A DNA stretch of 64,000 nucleotides from Mytilus californianus. Its lineage: Eukaryota. The position numbers and the translations under genes were made by a program. Below, in pieces: positions 49,024-60,800 of the stretch. The DNA lies in the NCBI RefSeq assembly GCF_021869535.1, contig NW_026262679.1, forward strand, positions 92,711,982-92,775,981. The letters run 5' to 3'. The notes below the pieces were generated by a model that saw only the letters and a list, made by a program, of their open reading frames with translations, was not told the DNA's origin and searched no databases. Positions within the stretch are counted from its first letter, which is position 1. Every line of letters starts with the position of its first letter.

Positions 49024-49222
49024 AAAACAAGATTGTACAAGAGGCAGAGATTGCAGCCCAGTATGCAGCATTGGGAATTCCTCAACCAAGTGAGCGTGCC
49101 AGAGGTCGTGGTCGCGGTCGTGGTAGGGGGAGAGGTAGAGGACGAGGAGGAGGGGCAGAAGGAGAAGTACAATGGTGGATAGAGAAGAGAAACAAAAAGA
49201 AAGCTGAAGCAGGAAAAGCTAA
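49024..49222 (+). CDS. TEP1: TEP1 exon 11 with (RG)n repeat
   Basis: ttaacag|AA ... GCTAA|GTATGT. QNKIVQEAEIAAQYAALGIPQPSERARGRGRGRGRGRGRGRGGGAEGEVQWWIEKRNKKKAEAGKAK. Phase is compatible with exons 10 and 12. Homology to human is weak here, so a missed small exon in 47802-49023 cannot be excluded. Confidence 0.6.
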
Positions 49223-49528
49223 GTATGTTAAATTTAATCCTGTCACATGTTTGCATGCCTAAGCCATGTTTAAAAAATCTCATCTTGGGTATGTTTAAGC
49301 TATAAGGTTTTTGTTTGTTATGAATTTGGTCTTTGTGTCTGATATTTGATTATCTTTGTTGAATTTATAAACTACTTGTGCATACCCTATAGTCATCTAT
49401 AATTAAACCCATATATCATCATTTAGTATCTTTTTATGGTCTCATTAGGGGTTTCTCACCTCAAAATTTTGTCTAGAAATTTTTTTGTAATGCCTTGTGT
49501 AATTCACTGTCAAAACATTATATTTTAG

Positions 49529-49709
49529 AGAGACACCTTATGATCCATCACTTATACAGAGATACAGGAAAGCTTTAGATACAGCTGTTAAGATAGCAAC
49601 AGTATACAATGTCCAACCAATCAAAGGAAAGACAATCGTTCTGTGTGATGTTGGAGAGAATATGGACGTTAATTGTACAGCAGCTAGGGGTCTTGGAAAA
49701 CCAAGAAAG
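49529..49709 (+). CDS. TEP1: TEP1 exon 12
   Basis: attttag|A ... AAG|GTTAGA. KETPYDPSLIQRYRKALDTAVKIATVYNVQPIKGKTIVLCDVGENMDVNCTAARGLGKPRK aligns to human MLNRYRQALETAVNLSVKHSLPLLPGRTVLVYLTDANADRLCPKSN. Confidence 0.85.
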
Positions 49710-50312
49710 GTTAGATCAACTTCATTGGAATAGATTAATCTGAACTTTAAACATGAAAACCTAGACTGAATATTTACTTTACATAGCTATGATATTTGCC
49801 CAATGAGTTGCAATTTTATAATACCAATTGATGCACTTTTTCTTACCTTTGAATTGGAGTTCATTTAATCTGCTTTCATCCCACATATGCACATTTATTT
49901 GCCTTTTTGAGTTTAACAATTGACAACCAATCAGTTAATAGAAACATTCAGTGCTATTGGACTGGAAAATCAAATTTAAGAATGATAAATAAATGGAAAG
50001 ATACAGATTAAAAAGATAAGTCAAAGTTATCTAGGTTCAACCTTGCCTGGCAGACTTAAAAATCAGTTTCTGCAAAAAATTTCATCTATCAGTGGAAAAC
50101 ATTTCTAAATTGATGTATGGCATAAATCATGCTAGTGCCAAAAATAAAAAAATTTCATCTGTCTGAAAACAGTTGAAAGGTCGTACAATGCCTCCAAAGT
50201 ATCAAAATCGTAGGTTATAATGATATATCATTGCATGTCTGTTTATGTTTTAGTAAAAACCGTACTTATACTTTGTGGATTTCTGTTATAAAATAAATTC
50301 TTTTTATTTTAG

Positions 50313-50459
50313 ATGAGAGAAGTGGCTGTGTTGATGGGTTTGATGTGTAAATACTCATGTGAGAACTGTGAATTTGTCGTATTCGACGAGACTCGTTACG
50401 ACCTGATCACACCAAAACCTGGAACAATTCTGAATAACATGGAAGATACACTTACTGCT
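50313..50459 (+). CDS. TEP1: TEP1 exon 13
   Basis: tattttag|ATG ... GCT|GTAAGA. MREVAVLMGLMCKYSCENCEFVVFDETRYDLITPKPGTILNNMEDTLTA aligns to human LNYALLLIGMMITRAEQVDVVLCGGDTLKTAVLKAEEGILKTAIKLQA. Confidence 0.8.
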
Positions 50460-50595
50460 GTAAGAATTTAAACTCTTATGTGTCTGTATTCAACATAAAG
50501 AATATTATTCATAACTGAGCTCTTTATTTTGAAGTGTTGTTTTATTATTTCCTTTGAAAAGGAAAACACTGCTGTGTATTGATTTCTTATCTATT

Positions 50596-51413
50596 TTTAG
50601 TCCCCTACCGACGAAGTCGAAGGGGACTTTAGGTTTGCACTCCGTCCGTCTGTCCATCCGTCAGTCCGGCAAATCAGCTTTCCACACTTTTTTTCTTCGT
50701 TCTCGAAGATATTGATTTGATATTTGGTATATAGTTTTATCATGACAAGTTATAGATCAAGTTCGAATTTTGATCCGGTCTGATGATTTAGTCCAGAGTT
50801 ATGGACCATAACTCTGGACCATATGTAATGTTAGAGTACTATGTTAAACAATATTTCTGTACAAAGGGAGATAACTCATTTTTTAAAAGACATTCTTTGT
50901 TAAAGTATTTGAAGAATTTTTTGGCAGGTTTGTTTGTTATTTAGTATAAACTAATTTTCTGAATGCTATAGATATAAAAAAAATTATGAAGAGAAATCCT
51001 TTAATTAGATAATAATCTATTTTTATTAATGTATATATTTCAATACATTACATTGATAGATAAAAGTTGTTGACATTTTATAGATAAGTTACAAATCTAT
51101 ATTAGTTTGTGACAAATGAAAGAAAAAATATTTGGAACTAATAATTATATTTGATTATAATTTGAAAATAGATATACACTGCATTACATCATATCTAATT
51201 TCAGAGAACTATTAATCATATCTAATGTTTTTTTCACTCATATAATCCGTTTTCCCCACTGTTTTTAGTCATGCTTGAAGATATTGACATGATATTTACT
51301 TTTTGTTTACACCATGACAAGTTATAGAACAAGTTAGCATTTTGTTCCAGTTAAATGAATTTTTACTCGGTAGGGGACTATGTATTGCCATGCAATACTC
51401 TCAGAATGCTTGT
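50596..51413 (+). mobile_element. Uninterrupted copy (empty site) of the about 820-bp TIR host element, in TEP1 intron 13
   Basis: Inverted ends TAGTCCCCTACCGAC (50598) and CTCGGTAGGGGACTA (51366-51380). At the insertion point the sequence is cacacttttttt|cttcg. The filled copy reads cacacttttt-[ATACGACC...GCGAAGCAT]-tttattttcttcg. Confidence 0.8.
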
Positions 51414-51752
51414 TTAAAATAATATGTAAGAATGATCATGAGGCTGTTGTTGGTGGCAATCCTATCTTCTAAACCACTTTATGGGTGCTGTGTTTGTTGG
51501 AATTAATGGTTAAGCTTATATTAGAAATTGTTTACCAAACAGCATTTCTTGGTTTGAAAGTACATTTGTAGTTTCTGGTTGGGAATATTTGAACATATTT
51601 GTCCATTTGCATTTATATGTGGTATACAGAAAAGTTTTGACTTAAAGTTGAAAATTGAATTTGCCATTTTCAAACAAATTTACTTACAGTTGGATGATTT
51701 CATTTGCAGTTTTTTGTGCTTAATATATTATTTTAACAAATTTATATTTTAG

Positions 51753-51839
51753 TTGGATAAAAAATTGAAGCCCGGCAAGAAATTTGAATACAAAATTCCA
51801 GATTGTATATTGAATGATGCTTTGGTGGATAGACAACAG
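51753..51839 (+). CDS. TEP1: TEP1 exon 14
   Basis: tatattttag|TTG ... CAG|GTACGG. LDKKLKPGKKFEYKIPDCILNDALVDRQQ. Strong splice sites and phase 0 on both sides. Homology to human is weak. Confidence 0.6.
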
Positions 51840-52221
51840 GTACGGGCTTCAGAATAAATCAATTAACATTAAGTGTAATTTAAGAAAGTGTGATTAATTG
51901 TCATTGAGACGGCTTCCTATAAATGATCACTTCCAAGAATCAAGGTTAGCTTCTAATATTTTCATGTCATTAAAATGGAAATGTTCACAGCAATAGCATA
52001 TATATTTTAAACAAAATTCTGTGGATTTGGTTTGCGAAATCACAAATGTCTTTTTTCACTTCTTTTTCATATATTTTAAACATATATGTATAATCTTTTC
52101 AAAAATTTTAAATAAATTGTATTTCTGGAAGTATGAATTTTTTTATATATTTCAGATGTTTTTAAAGAGTTTTTATATATACAAAATTTTCATAAAAATT
52201 TGAATTACCTGCTAATTACAG

Positions 52222-52361
52222 ATTGATAACTTGATAATACTGAGTGGTGGAGTTGACAGTGTACAACAGGAGTTTGTCTCCTTTTTCCTGAAGAAGTTCA
52301 GACAACTAGTGAACCCTAATCTGTTATACGCCAATATTTCATTCAGTGGAAAAGGATGTGG
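52222..52361 (+). CDS. TEP1: TEP1 exon 15
   Basis: attacag|ATT ... TGTGG|GTATGT. IDNLIILSGGVDSVQQEFVSFFLKKFRQLVNPNLLYANISFSGKGCG aligns to human VDRVILLGQSMDDGM..LSTDLNPNDVTLSGCTD. Confidence 0.8.
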
Positions 52362-52783
52362 GTATGTATAAAATGTTTATTTTAGCTTACATAAGTCTGA
52401 AAATAACAAAGATAGGACTTTATATTGTAAGCAGGCAGAATCTTAGATCTTTTGTATACAAAGTATGCTGTTCAAGATTGACATGGTCTGACAATATTAG
52501 TTCAATAAAATATTTATATATGCTGTTGAGTTGTGGGAAAAAACAAAAATTTTCATAACATAAAGTATTTACTTAAAAGTTTAATTAAAAAAAGATAACT
52601 GGTTTCTTGTATACCAGGTCTGTTCAAGGTTGATGTGATTTGTAAATTTGATAGTTTAACTAGATATTGATGCATGCTGTTTATTTGGGGGTATGAATTG
52701 AAAATCTGCACAAAATAAAGCATTTCAAAAATTATGAGAGTAAATGATTTTCATATTAAAAGGTTATCTTGTTATATTTTTAG

Positions 52784-52855
52784 ATTTTCAGAGAGTATCA
52801 AACCAGAGAATGATAATGACATCTATATCACAGGATTTAGTGATGCTATACTGAG
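52784..52855 (+). CDS. TEP1: TEP1 exon 16
   Basis: atatttttag|A ... CTGAG|GTAATA. (G)FSESIKPENDNDIYITGFSDAILR aligns to human TLSGCTDAILKF. The alternative acceptor at 52790 gives an in-frame stop. Confidence 0.75.
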
Positions 52856-52892
52856 GTAATACTTATCTGCCAAAACATATACAGTGCCAATT

Positions 52893-53325
52893 TTTATGCC
52901 TCCGCCGTAGCGGAGGGAGCATTAAGTTTTACCCTTGACCGTCTGTACGTCCGTACGTCCTGAAATTTGTTTCTGTTCTCTAACTTTAGTTTGCCTCAAA
53001 CAAATGTTATGAAACTTATACACAATGCTTACTACAATAAAACACAGATCAAGTTTGAATTTTAGTGGTGTCACTTTTATCGTTCTAGAGTTATGCCCCT
53101 TTACAAATGGAAAAATTGCTGAATTTTTTGTTTATGTTTTCTAACTTAAGTTTGCCTCAACCAAATGTCATGAAACTTATACACAATGCTTATTACAACA
53201 AAACTCAGATGAAGTACGAATTTGGGTAGCGTCACTTTTACCTTTCTTGAGTTATTTCCCTTTATAACGTTATATGTTCAAGTGGGGCATCATCAGTGTC
53301 CCATGGACACATTCCCCATTTATTG
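52893..53325. repeat. Short dispersed element with palindromic head CCTCCGCCGTAGCGGAGG and an internal 2-copy 160-bp tandem duplication
   Basis: Head at 52899-52916 is a perfect 7-bp-stem palindrome. Units of about 160 bp lie at 52981-53110 and 53142-53270. The tail GGGGCATCATCAGTGTCCCATGGACACATTC matches 42745-42780. Confidence 0.55.
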
Positions 53326-53630
53326 CAAATGGAATTGATTTAAAATATTGCCCTTCAATTATTTGCTAGTGTGAGACAAGAATTTTCCAGAAAATTCACA
53401 GGATTAGATTAAATGCTAATTATTCATGTTATGCTATGGTTTATTCCCAATAAATTCCTTTTTAGTCCTGTAAACTCATTAAACAGGGATATAACACATC
53501 CTTTATTTGTCTTGAATATGCATGTAATATTGTTTAACCACAGGATGTTGAGCAAGCAAAAATCTTCCAAAGTCATCAATTGATGTTTTATTTGAGAAAA
53601 TTTAAAATTTAAATATCTGATTTTGAACAG

Positions 53631-53789
53631 ATTCATTGCTGAGAGAGGTGATGGAGGACAACTTCTACATGTTGATAAGATAGATGAATTCTTCAAACTG
53701 AAACCTATGCCAATACTACAGGATGTCTCTAGACCAGCGAGGTCTGTTCCTGTAGAAAGACCACTGCCAATACCATGCAACACACCATG
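53631..53789 (+). CDS. TEP1: TEP1 exon 17
   Basis: tgaacag|A ... CATG|GTAAGT. FIAERGDGGQLLHVDKIDEFFKLKPMPILQDVSRPARSVPVERPLPIPCNTP aligns to human FIAEHGASHLLEHVGQMDKIFKIPPPPGK. The 119-aa minus-strand ORF 53424-53783 is antisense to this exon. Confidence 0.85.
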
Positions 53790-54905
53790 GTAAGTTATAA
53801 CTTGTTACAATAGAAATTAAATAACAGTGACTGTGGATTCATAAATAGTCATGGGGTGCCAATTTTAGAGGATTTAGTGATAAACTACGAATTAAAATGT
53901 TCAATGAAGTATACATTTTCTACAGGCTTGTATTCTGACTTTGCAAACCATGTAATCAAATATCCAAGAAAAATACAATTGTTCCTCAATCCACTTAAAA
54001 TTGGTATGCATGAAAGTAAACTAATTCACAGTAACCAATTTTCTTGTAAAAGGATAATTCTGTTGTAATGTTGTGAAGATCTTTTTTTATAAAGAACAGA
54101 TGTTCAAATCCAACTGCTCATGTGGAACTTAAGACTTTTCCAGAATTGATTAAATGGGGGGATTAGGAAGGCACTTTTATTCAAATTTGAAGTGTGGTGG
54201 TTATTTTAGATAGAAAGTCTTAACAATTATATGAAATAATCAATTAAAATGTGATGCATCGCAGGGTTAAATATAAAGTACCTTTCGAACCCCCAATACA
54301 TTTATTTCTGAAATAGCCCTTAGGTAAAGATAAGAATATAAGCTGAAGTTATCTGAAGCAAACTGAATAAACTAAGATTATTGGTTTTTGTGATTAACAA
54401 AAGTTGAAATGGCTCCACGCTAAATTCAAGTTTTGATTTGTGTTAAACCCTAATCAGTGCCTTAATGATTGGTATATACTGAAGACCACGGCAGTTGTTT
54501 CAATATTTTACAGAAAAAATTATGGGGCCAAGGTTTTTTTCTTGACAAAAGCTTTTTAAAAGAGTAGCTTCTAAAATATAATGCGGAATGTATTCTTTTC
54601 AAAATAATTTTTCTTCTCTTTTTTTTTTTTTTTTTTTTTTGAATGCAAAAACATTTTTGTATACTTAATTGTTGATATGTATGGCATTTGTCATGATTTC
54701 TTTCAAATACTCAATGATGAAAGACTTTTGGATGTGCTTTTACTGGTTGTGTTTTTCTCTCTCACCTAATGGAATGAAATTATATTTTTATAAAAAAATC
54801 ACCTGCCTGAAATGGAGGAAAACAACACAATGTAAAAATTTAATGTGATGCAGCCTAACAAATTGAATCATGAATGTGTCAAATACTGTTTTCTTTTTTT
54901 AATAG

Positions 54906-55082
54906 CTGGAGAACCTTCAGAGTTTTTATATCATCAACATTCCGAGACATGCATGGAGAGAGAGATGTTTTAACAAGATATGTATTCCCAGAGTTACGTG
55001 CTCTTGGAAAGAAACATTTTATAAATGTATATGAAGTTGATTTGAGGTGGGGAGTGACAGAAGAAGAGACAAAACATCATAA
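54906..55082 (+). CDS. TEP1: TEP1 exon 18 (conserved [14 protein letters not shown] block upstream of NACHT)
   Basis: tttaatag|C ... CATAA|[64 protein letters not shown] aligns to human [58 protein letters not shown]. Confidence 0.95.
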
Positions 55083-56026
55083 GTAGGAATTCAATTGTTT
55101 TCACGGGATGATATAGTTTACAAAATTTATCTTTTTTTTTTTTACCTGTATGAAGTAAAGCCCCTGTTATGAAAAGTCTTAATGAAAATGTTACGTACAT
55201 GATCAAAATTCTTACTTTTTTTACTCTTTAACTTTTAACTTTTAAATATTTAGTTTAAGAAATATAAAAAGGTTGATAAATTGGAGCTTGTAAACATTTG
55301 TAGTAATTAGTTAGGATAGCAAATAAGTTTGAAATGAAATTTTATAACAGCTATTATACATGTTCTGTTAAGAAAAATTTAGATTATGTTCTAGAGGTAA
55401 AACTCACTTTAATTGTTAAGTTTCTTTTCTCTATAAATTTTTTCCATATTATGAAAAATGAAGGTATTTTTTACCTTTTTCTTATGGAAATCAATGTATA
55501 GATATAATTTGTTTATTAAAGTGTCACATTTTGATTGCAATAAAAAGAATTCATACACAATATACATACATAATAAAACAGCCAATATCCAGCCAAAAAT
55601 CTGACTTACGAGACACTATATACCAAATAAAGACAGCGTAAAAGTAAAAAAAATATATATATGTCTTTTTCACTAAAGAATAATCCTAAGTATATTGTTA
55701 AATAAGCAGACATAAGGCTCTGATGATGGACCCATACTGACTTGCAAACAAACAGAGCAGAGTAATGTTGTCAAAAAGAAGTTTATGGGAAAACGTTTTT
55801 TTCTTGCAAGTTCTTGTTTATTTAATTTATAATTACTTAAATTACACAAAAAGCAGCACACTTTTTACCTTTTTAAGATTTTTTGTTGTTGCAATTAATT
55901 GAAGTTCACATTTTGTGTAATTGAGTTTCTTTTAAAAGGAAGTGGTTTTGTTTTGAATTTTTATGCTAATTGGAATATTATGCAATTAAGTAGGATATTA
56001 TAAACCCTACAGTATTTCTTTTGTAG

Positions 56027-56269
56027 GACATTAGAGTTATGCTTATCAGAAGTTTCCAAATGCCAGTTTTTTATTGGCATCCTAGGGGAACGATATGGGT
56101 ATATGCCTGATAAATACACTGTGCCAGATACACCTGAATATGACTGGGTGAAACATTACCCTCAAGGGGCCTCAGTGACAGAATTAGAAATGCATTTAGG
56201 AGTTTTGATGAATGCTGCACAGAAACAAGACAAAGCTGTGATGATGATCAGAAACAATAATTTTATTAA
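56027..56269 (+). CDS. TEP1: TEP1 exon 19
   Basis: ttttgtag|G ... ATTAA|GTAAGT. KTLELCLSEVSKCQFFIGILGERYGYMPDKYTVPDTPEYDWVKHYPQGASVTELEMHLGVLMNAAQKQDKAVMMIRNNNFI aligns to human [64 protein letters not shown]. Confidence 0.9.
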
Positions 56270-57400
56270 GTAAGTACAAGTAAATGCATAGGTATTTACT
56301 TAGAAATGTTCTGTCTAAACTGAACCCTGCATAAACTAAAAACCTGTATTATTTGAATTTTTGTATCAGAAAACATTTTGAATATTCTTTAATACTTATA
56401 CCCAGGTTAACGAACACCTGCCTAATCCCAATAACTGTTCAGTCTCAACAGGTTCAGGTAGGTCGGTTTTCACTGTTCATTTCAATAACTTTGTGAAGAA
56501 TTTATCATTTCCTCGAATATTTATCTTCTGTGTTATTATGGAATGTACTTAACCAAATTTTAGACTATGTTTTAACAATATTCATGCATGTTAGGGTTAT
56601 TTATTCCATATGGAGCTCAACTCTATTTGTATCTTACAATAGGCTTTTCCTGATTGGCTGTCAATGACATGCTGAACAATTCATTTTTGATTGTGACATA
56701 AAATATTTATGAGATTTGTTATTTCTTATAAATGCATGTCTAAAAAATGTGCATATCAATGACAAAAATAATGTTAAGGATGTTAGCTACTCTGTTTCAA
56801 AATAAAAAGCTTTTAAAAGACTTATACATTGATAGTATATATATATATATAATGGAACTAAAAAAAACAGAAAAAGTTCAAGGGGCGTGTCCTTTTTGTT
56901 GAGATATAAGCCATTGAAAATTTGACAGGAAATGATTCTCTCTAGATTCTTCCTACAATTAACATCAGCATCTTTTTTCTTTCAAAAATTATGAAAAAAT
57001 ACCAAGGATTTTAGAAAATTAAAATAAAAATGGCTTTTTAAACTATATGTAATAAAGTTATCAAAAGAAAAGTAGCGGTTCATGGGCACAGCATGGATAA
57101 AACCAGAGGATTCTGAATATCTGACAAAAAGTCAAAACCAAGACTAGGGAACATCCTTAAGCTCCAATGATTGTTTTGAAATTTGTAATTGATACTTGTA
57201 AATTTTCTAGTATGACCATTATTATTTTGATGCTGTGGTGTTAGATACAGATAACTTAAACTGCAACGTTTTAATACTGTGATCTCGTCTAAATAATTTA
57301 CACCCATGTTGGATACATTATAAAAATGCCATTTTAATAGAACTACCTTTTTATGGCAATATTAATAAACCAGCAATATAAAATTAACTGTTTGTTCCAG

Positions 57401-57526
57401 AGATGTACCAAAAGAATTCCTGTCAGATTTTGTAGCAGAAAATCCAGAAGCTGAAAGCAAGATGACTGCACTGAAGAGTAGGGTTAGGAGATCTCCTCTG
57501 GAAATTATTGAAGGGTAAATATTGCT
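57401..57526 (+). CDS. TEP1: TEP1 exon 20
   Basis: tgttccag|A ... GAAGG|GTAAAT. KDVPKEFLSDFVAENPEAESKMTALKSRVRRSPLEIIE aligns to human [32 protein letters not shown]. Confidence 0.85.
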
Positions 57527-58996
57527 TGTGAATGGTATGCAACATATACAATGAAAAATGAGGGGGGGAGGGGGGAAACACTATTATAAAAAAAAGAATG
57601 ACAAGAAATATATATTTAGAACAATAAGAACTTCAAAATATTTTACCAGAAGTGTATTTGAGGTGTATTAAATGTTAGAAAAACTATTGAGGAATATAGA
57701 GGTTTTTAGTTAACTTTTTTTTATAATGCATATCCTAGTTAAAAGCTATAGGGGTAAAAATAATGTTGAGGAAGAGTTGCATATGTGAGAATTGAACATT
57801 CATAACAATTTCCATTTATCATGAAGTACATGTAAAACTATATTTCTATAACAATGGATATTCTGTTCCTTACTCTTGCAGCATACCCTATCTCAAAAAA
57901 CCTAGTTGAATCCTGCCACATGTTTATATGCCTGTCCTAAAAAAATCTCAATGAGTCCAGGCTTCTAATTTGGTTTTCCAGATGCACATTTTGTTTACAT
58001 TAGACTCATCAGTGGTACTCAAATCAAAACAGTGGGAATACTAAATCAAACACAAAGTTGGAAGAGCATTGAAAACCAAAAATTCTAAACAGTTGTGCCA
58101 AATATACATTTAGCTAGGGCCACCCATGCATAGGATTAGAATAAAATTAGCATTTTAAACAATTCAATATATTAAAACTAAAAAAAGACAACAATATCCT
58201 GGATTACTGCAAGGAAATGCTTTATTCTGGTCTACATGTTTCGCCACTTACAGTGGTGTCTTCAGGACAATTTAATGATAGGAAACAAATGCTGAAGTAC
58301 ATAAAATGAGGTTCATTTGGGATTGCAAAAAAGGTTAACAAGAAGTTACCTCACAATTATTGGTTGGACGACTTTAAAATGAAAGTGAAAGTAAAAGTTG
58401 ATAATGAATTGTCAGTATCTTTTCCAAAATGGACAACACCACACTGAACATTCTGTACCAATTCAATATATTATTCAAAGAATTAGCAGAAAATGACTGT
58501 ATCAATGATATTACATGTCAACACATGAGTTCTGACTACTGGGCAGGTGATATCCTTGGGGATGAAATGTCTACCAGCAGTGACATTGACCCAGTGGTTG
58601 TAAAAACTCATCAAGTATTCCAGGCTTATTATTTGATATACCAGACTCCTGTTTTATCTACATACGACTCATCAGAGACACTCCAATCAAAACAGTTTGA
58701 AGGCCATATTAAATAAAAAGTTGATGAACATTGAAAACCAAAATTTCCATAAAGTTGTGCTAAATATAGCTTAGGTCATTTATTCCTGGGAGTAGAAAAA
58801 GCTGATTGTTTCGAATAATTCAACAGTCAGGTTCCTTGTTAGTTGTTGTCTTTTGCGACATATCATTAATGTTAATTAGATTAAAATGTAATCAGGCACC
58901 CTTTTAGTGATTACTTAATTACAGGGCAAAGCAAAATCATATTTTTTGTACCTCCTTTATTGTTAGTACATGAATAAATATGATCAAATTTTGTAG

Positions 58997-59117
58997 GTAT
59001 GACTGTAGATGGGGAGGATCTGTTGATGGGAAGCCCATTGTTTCAGGACTAGAGAAGTTTGCAATGCCAATAATTAACTCTGTATGGAATTCTGTCAGGA
59101 AGCAATGCCCAGATGAG
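58997..59117 (+). CDS. TEP1: TEP1 exon 21
   Basis: ttttgtag|G ... GAG|GTAAGA. GYDCRWGGSVDGKPIVSGLEKFAMPIINSVWNSVRKQCPDE aligns to human [36 protein letters not shown]. Confidence 0.85.
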
Positions 59118-59576
59118 GTAAGAAAGTTCTTGCAATCTTTGCTATGACAACACAGTCAGCTTTAAATTAATCAAGGCCTGTAAACACTAAATAGAATACA
59201 AAGGACTGAGCAACAAGAACCCCCACAAAAACCAGGGCTAATCTCTGGTGATCTGGAAAGGTTAGCAGATTCTGCTCCACATGTGATACCACATGAGATA
59301 CCCATCATGTAACTCTAATGAAATATGTCTAGAAGAGGTATAAACTTTAACAAGAATTTAGAAGGAAAAAACAAAACTAGACAATGGAAAAAAACACTGA
59401 AATGTATTTAAAAATGATCATGGTAAATCTGTCAGACATGGTACATTGTACATGTACATTTATTTATAGGACATGGAAGTGATTTTACATATAAAAAACC
59501 TTTGCACAACTTAATTTTATAACAAGAACAATAAAACACAAACATTTAGTAAATCAAACTGCCAACATTTATTATA

Positions 59577-59762
59577 GGATGCCATGTTGGATGAAACAAC
59601 CCATGCTACAAAACAACATGAGGCAATGGTAGAGAACCATAGAGCTAGATTTGTAGGTAGGAAAAACCTGATCAAGGAATGTCTCAAAAACATGAAAGAA
59701 ATGACCTCTGGTGGTGTGTTATCACTTACAGGAAAAGCAGGCACAGGAAAATCTGCTGTTTT
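59577..59762 (+). CDS. TEP1: TEP1 exon 22 (NACHT Walker A)
   Basis: ttattatag|GAT ... TTG|GTAAGA. ..HRARFVGRKNLIKECLKNMKEMTSGGVLSLTGKAGTGKSAVL aligns to human RLMLPHGRLSLVTGQSGQGKTAFL. Contains the P-loop motif GKAGTGKS. Confidence 0.9.
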
Positions 59763-60007
59763 GGTAAGAAATCTTTTTTCAAAGTTAATACTTAGCTAAT
59801 TATGAATATATAGTGAACATTATTATGTCTTATCATGCATTATTTTTGCGGTTGTTATTTTGACAATTTCATTACATAAACTTTTTGTTCCTTCTTGAAA
59901 TGTCAAAAGATCCCCCTTGTTTATCTACATATTGAACTTTTCATAGCTCATCCAGATGAACAAATTTCAAATATCAGCTTGCTATTATTATGTCTGTTAC
60001 TTTGAAG

Positions 60008-60183
60008 GCTTCACTGGTGACATCTTACAAAGACTCAACCCAGTGTGATAGTCCAGCCAACATCTTGGTCCATATATCTGGAGCAGCCCCAGGGTCTACA
60101 AACATCCTGGCCACTCTAAGGAGACTGTGTTATGAAATAAGAAGACAGTTTGGACTGAGAACTGATATCCCTGAAGATTATAA
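60008..60183 (+). CDS. TEP1: TEP1 exon 23 (NACHT)
   Basis: tttgaag|GCT ... TATAA|GTAAGA. ASLVTSYKDSTQCDSPANILVHISGAAPGSTNILATLRRLCYEIRRQFGLRTDIPEDY aligns to human ASLVSALQAPDGAKVAQLVFFHFSGARPDQGLALTLLRRLCTYLRGQL. Confidence 0.9.
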
Positions 60184-60800
60184 GTAAGATTTTATTTTGC
60201 AATACAGCTTCAATTAACCTTATCTTGTAAAAGGGAGTATTACAGTGTTTTCCTTAGAAGCAGGTTGTACGTTAGATAGCTTTCTAGTTCACCATATTGG
60301 CCATCTTATTTTTTTTAATCAATTATAAAGTAATAAATATAAAAATTAAATGCATGCCCTCCTTTGCCTTATACTGTCAGTTTGTTTGTCATAAATTCTT
60401 GAAAAACACTGTATTGGTAATACTTATGAAATAACAGTCCAATGTACTCTGGAATTGACATATATTAAAGGAACTGTTTACTTCAAATTAAAAAGTCAAT
60501 AGAACTATTGAATAATATAACTCTTTTAAAAAGAATATTATAGAAAATATAAAGTCAGAAATGTTTGCAATGTTTTTATTATGGAAAAAGTGGTAAGCGG
60601 ATAGGTTTTCCAAAAGTAAAATTTTGATAGCATTATTTAAAGGCAGCATTTTCTCAAAACCTAATAATTTATCTCTTTTTATTGGTTCATTGTTCAACAG
60701 TCGGAATAAAAATGCAACTAGTTTTGGTAAAATTTAACAAAGTTCTGATAAGTTAAATGCAATTAAATTGAATGTAATTAGAGCTATACTATCTTTTTAG

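Noticed and set aside
53424-53783. 119-aa minus-strand ORF, the longest non-repeat ORF on that strand
   Set aside because: It is exactly antisense to TEP1 exon 17 plus the adjacent intron. It has no start context or splice logic, and its composition is biased by the sense-strand codons.
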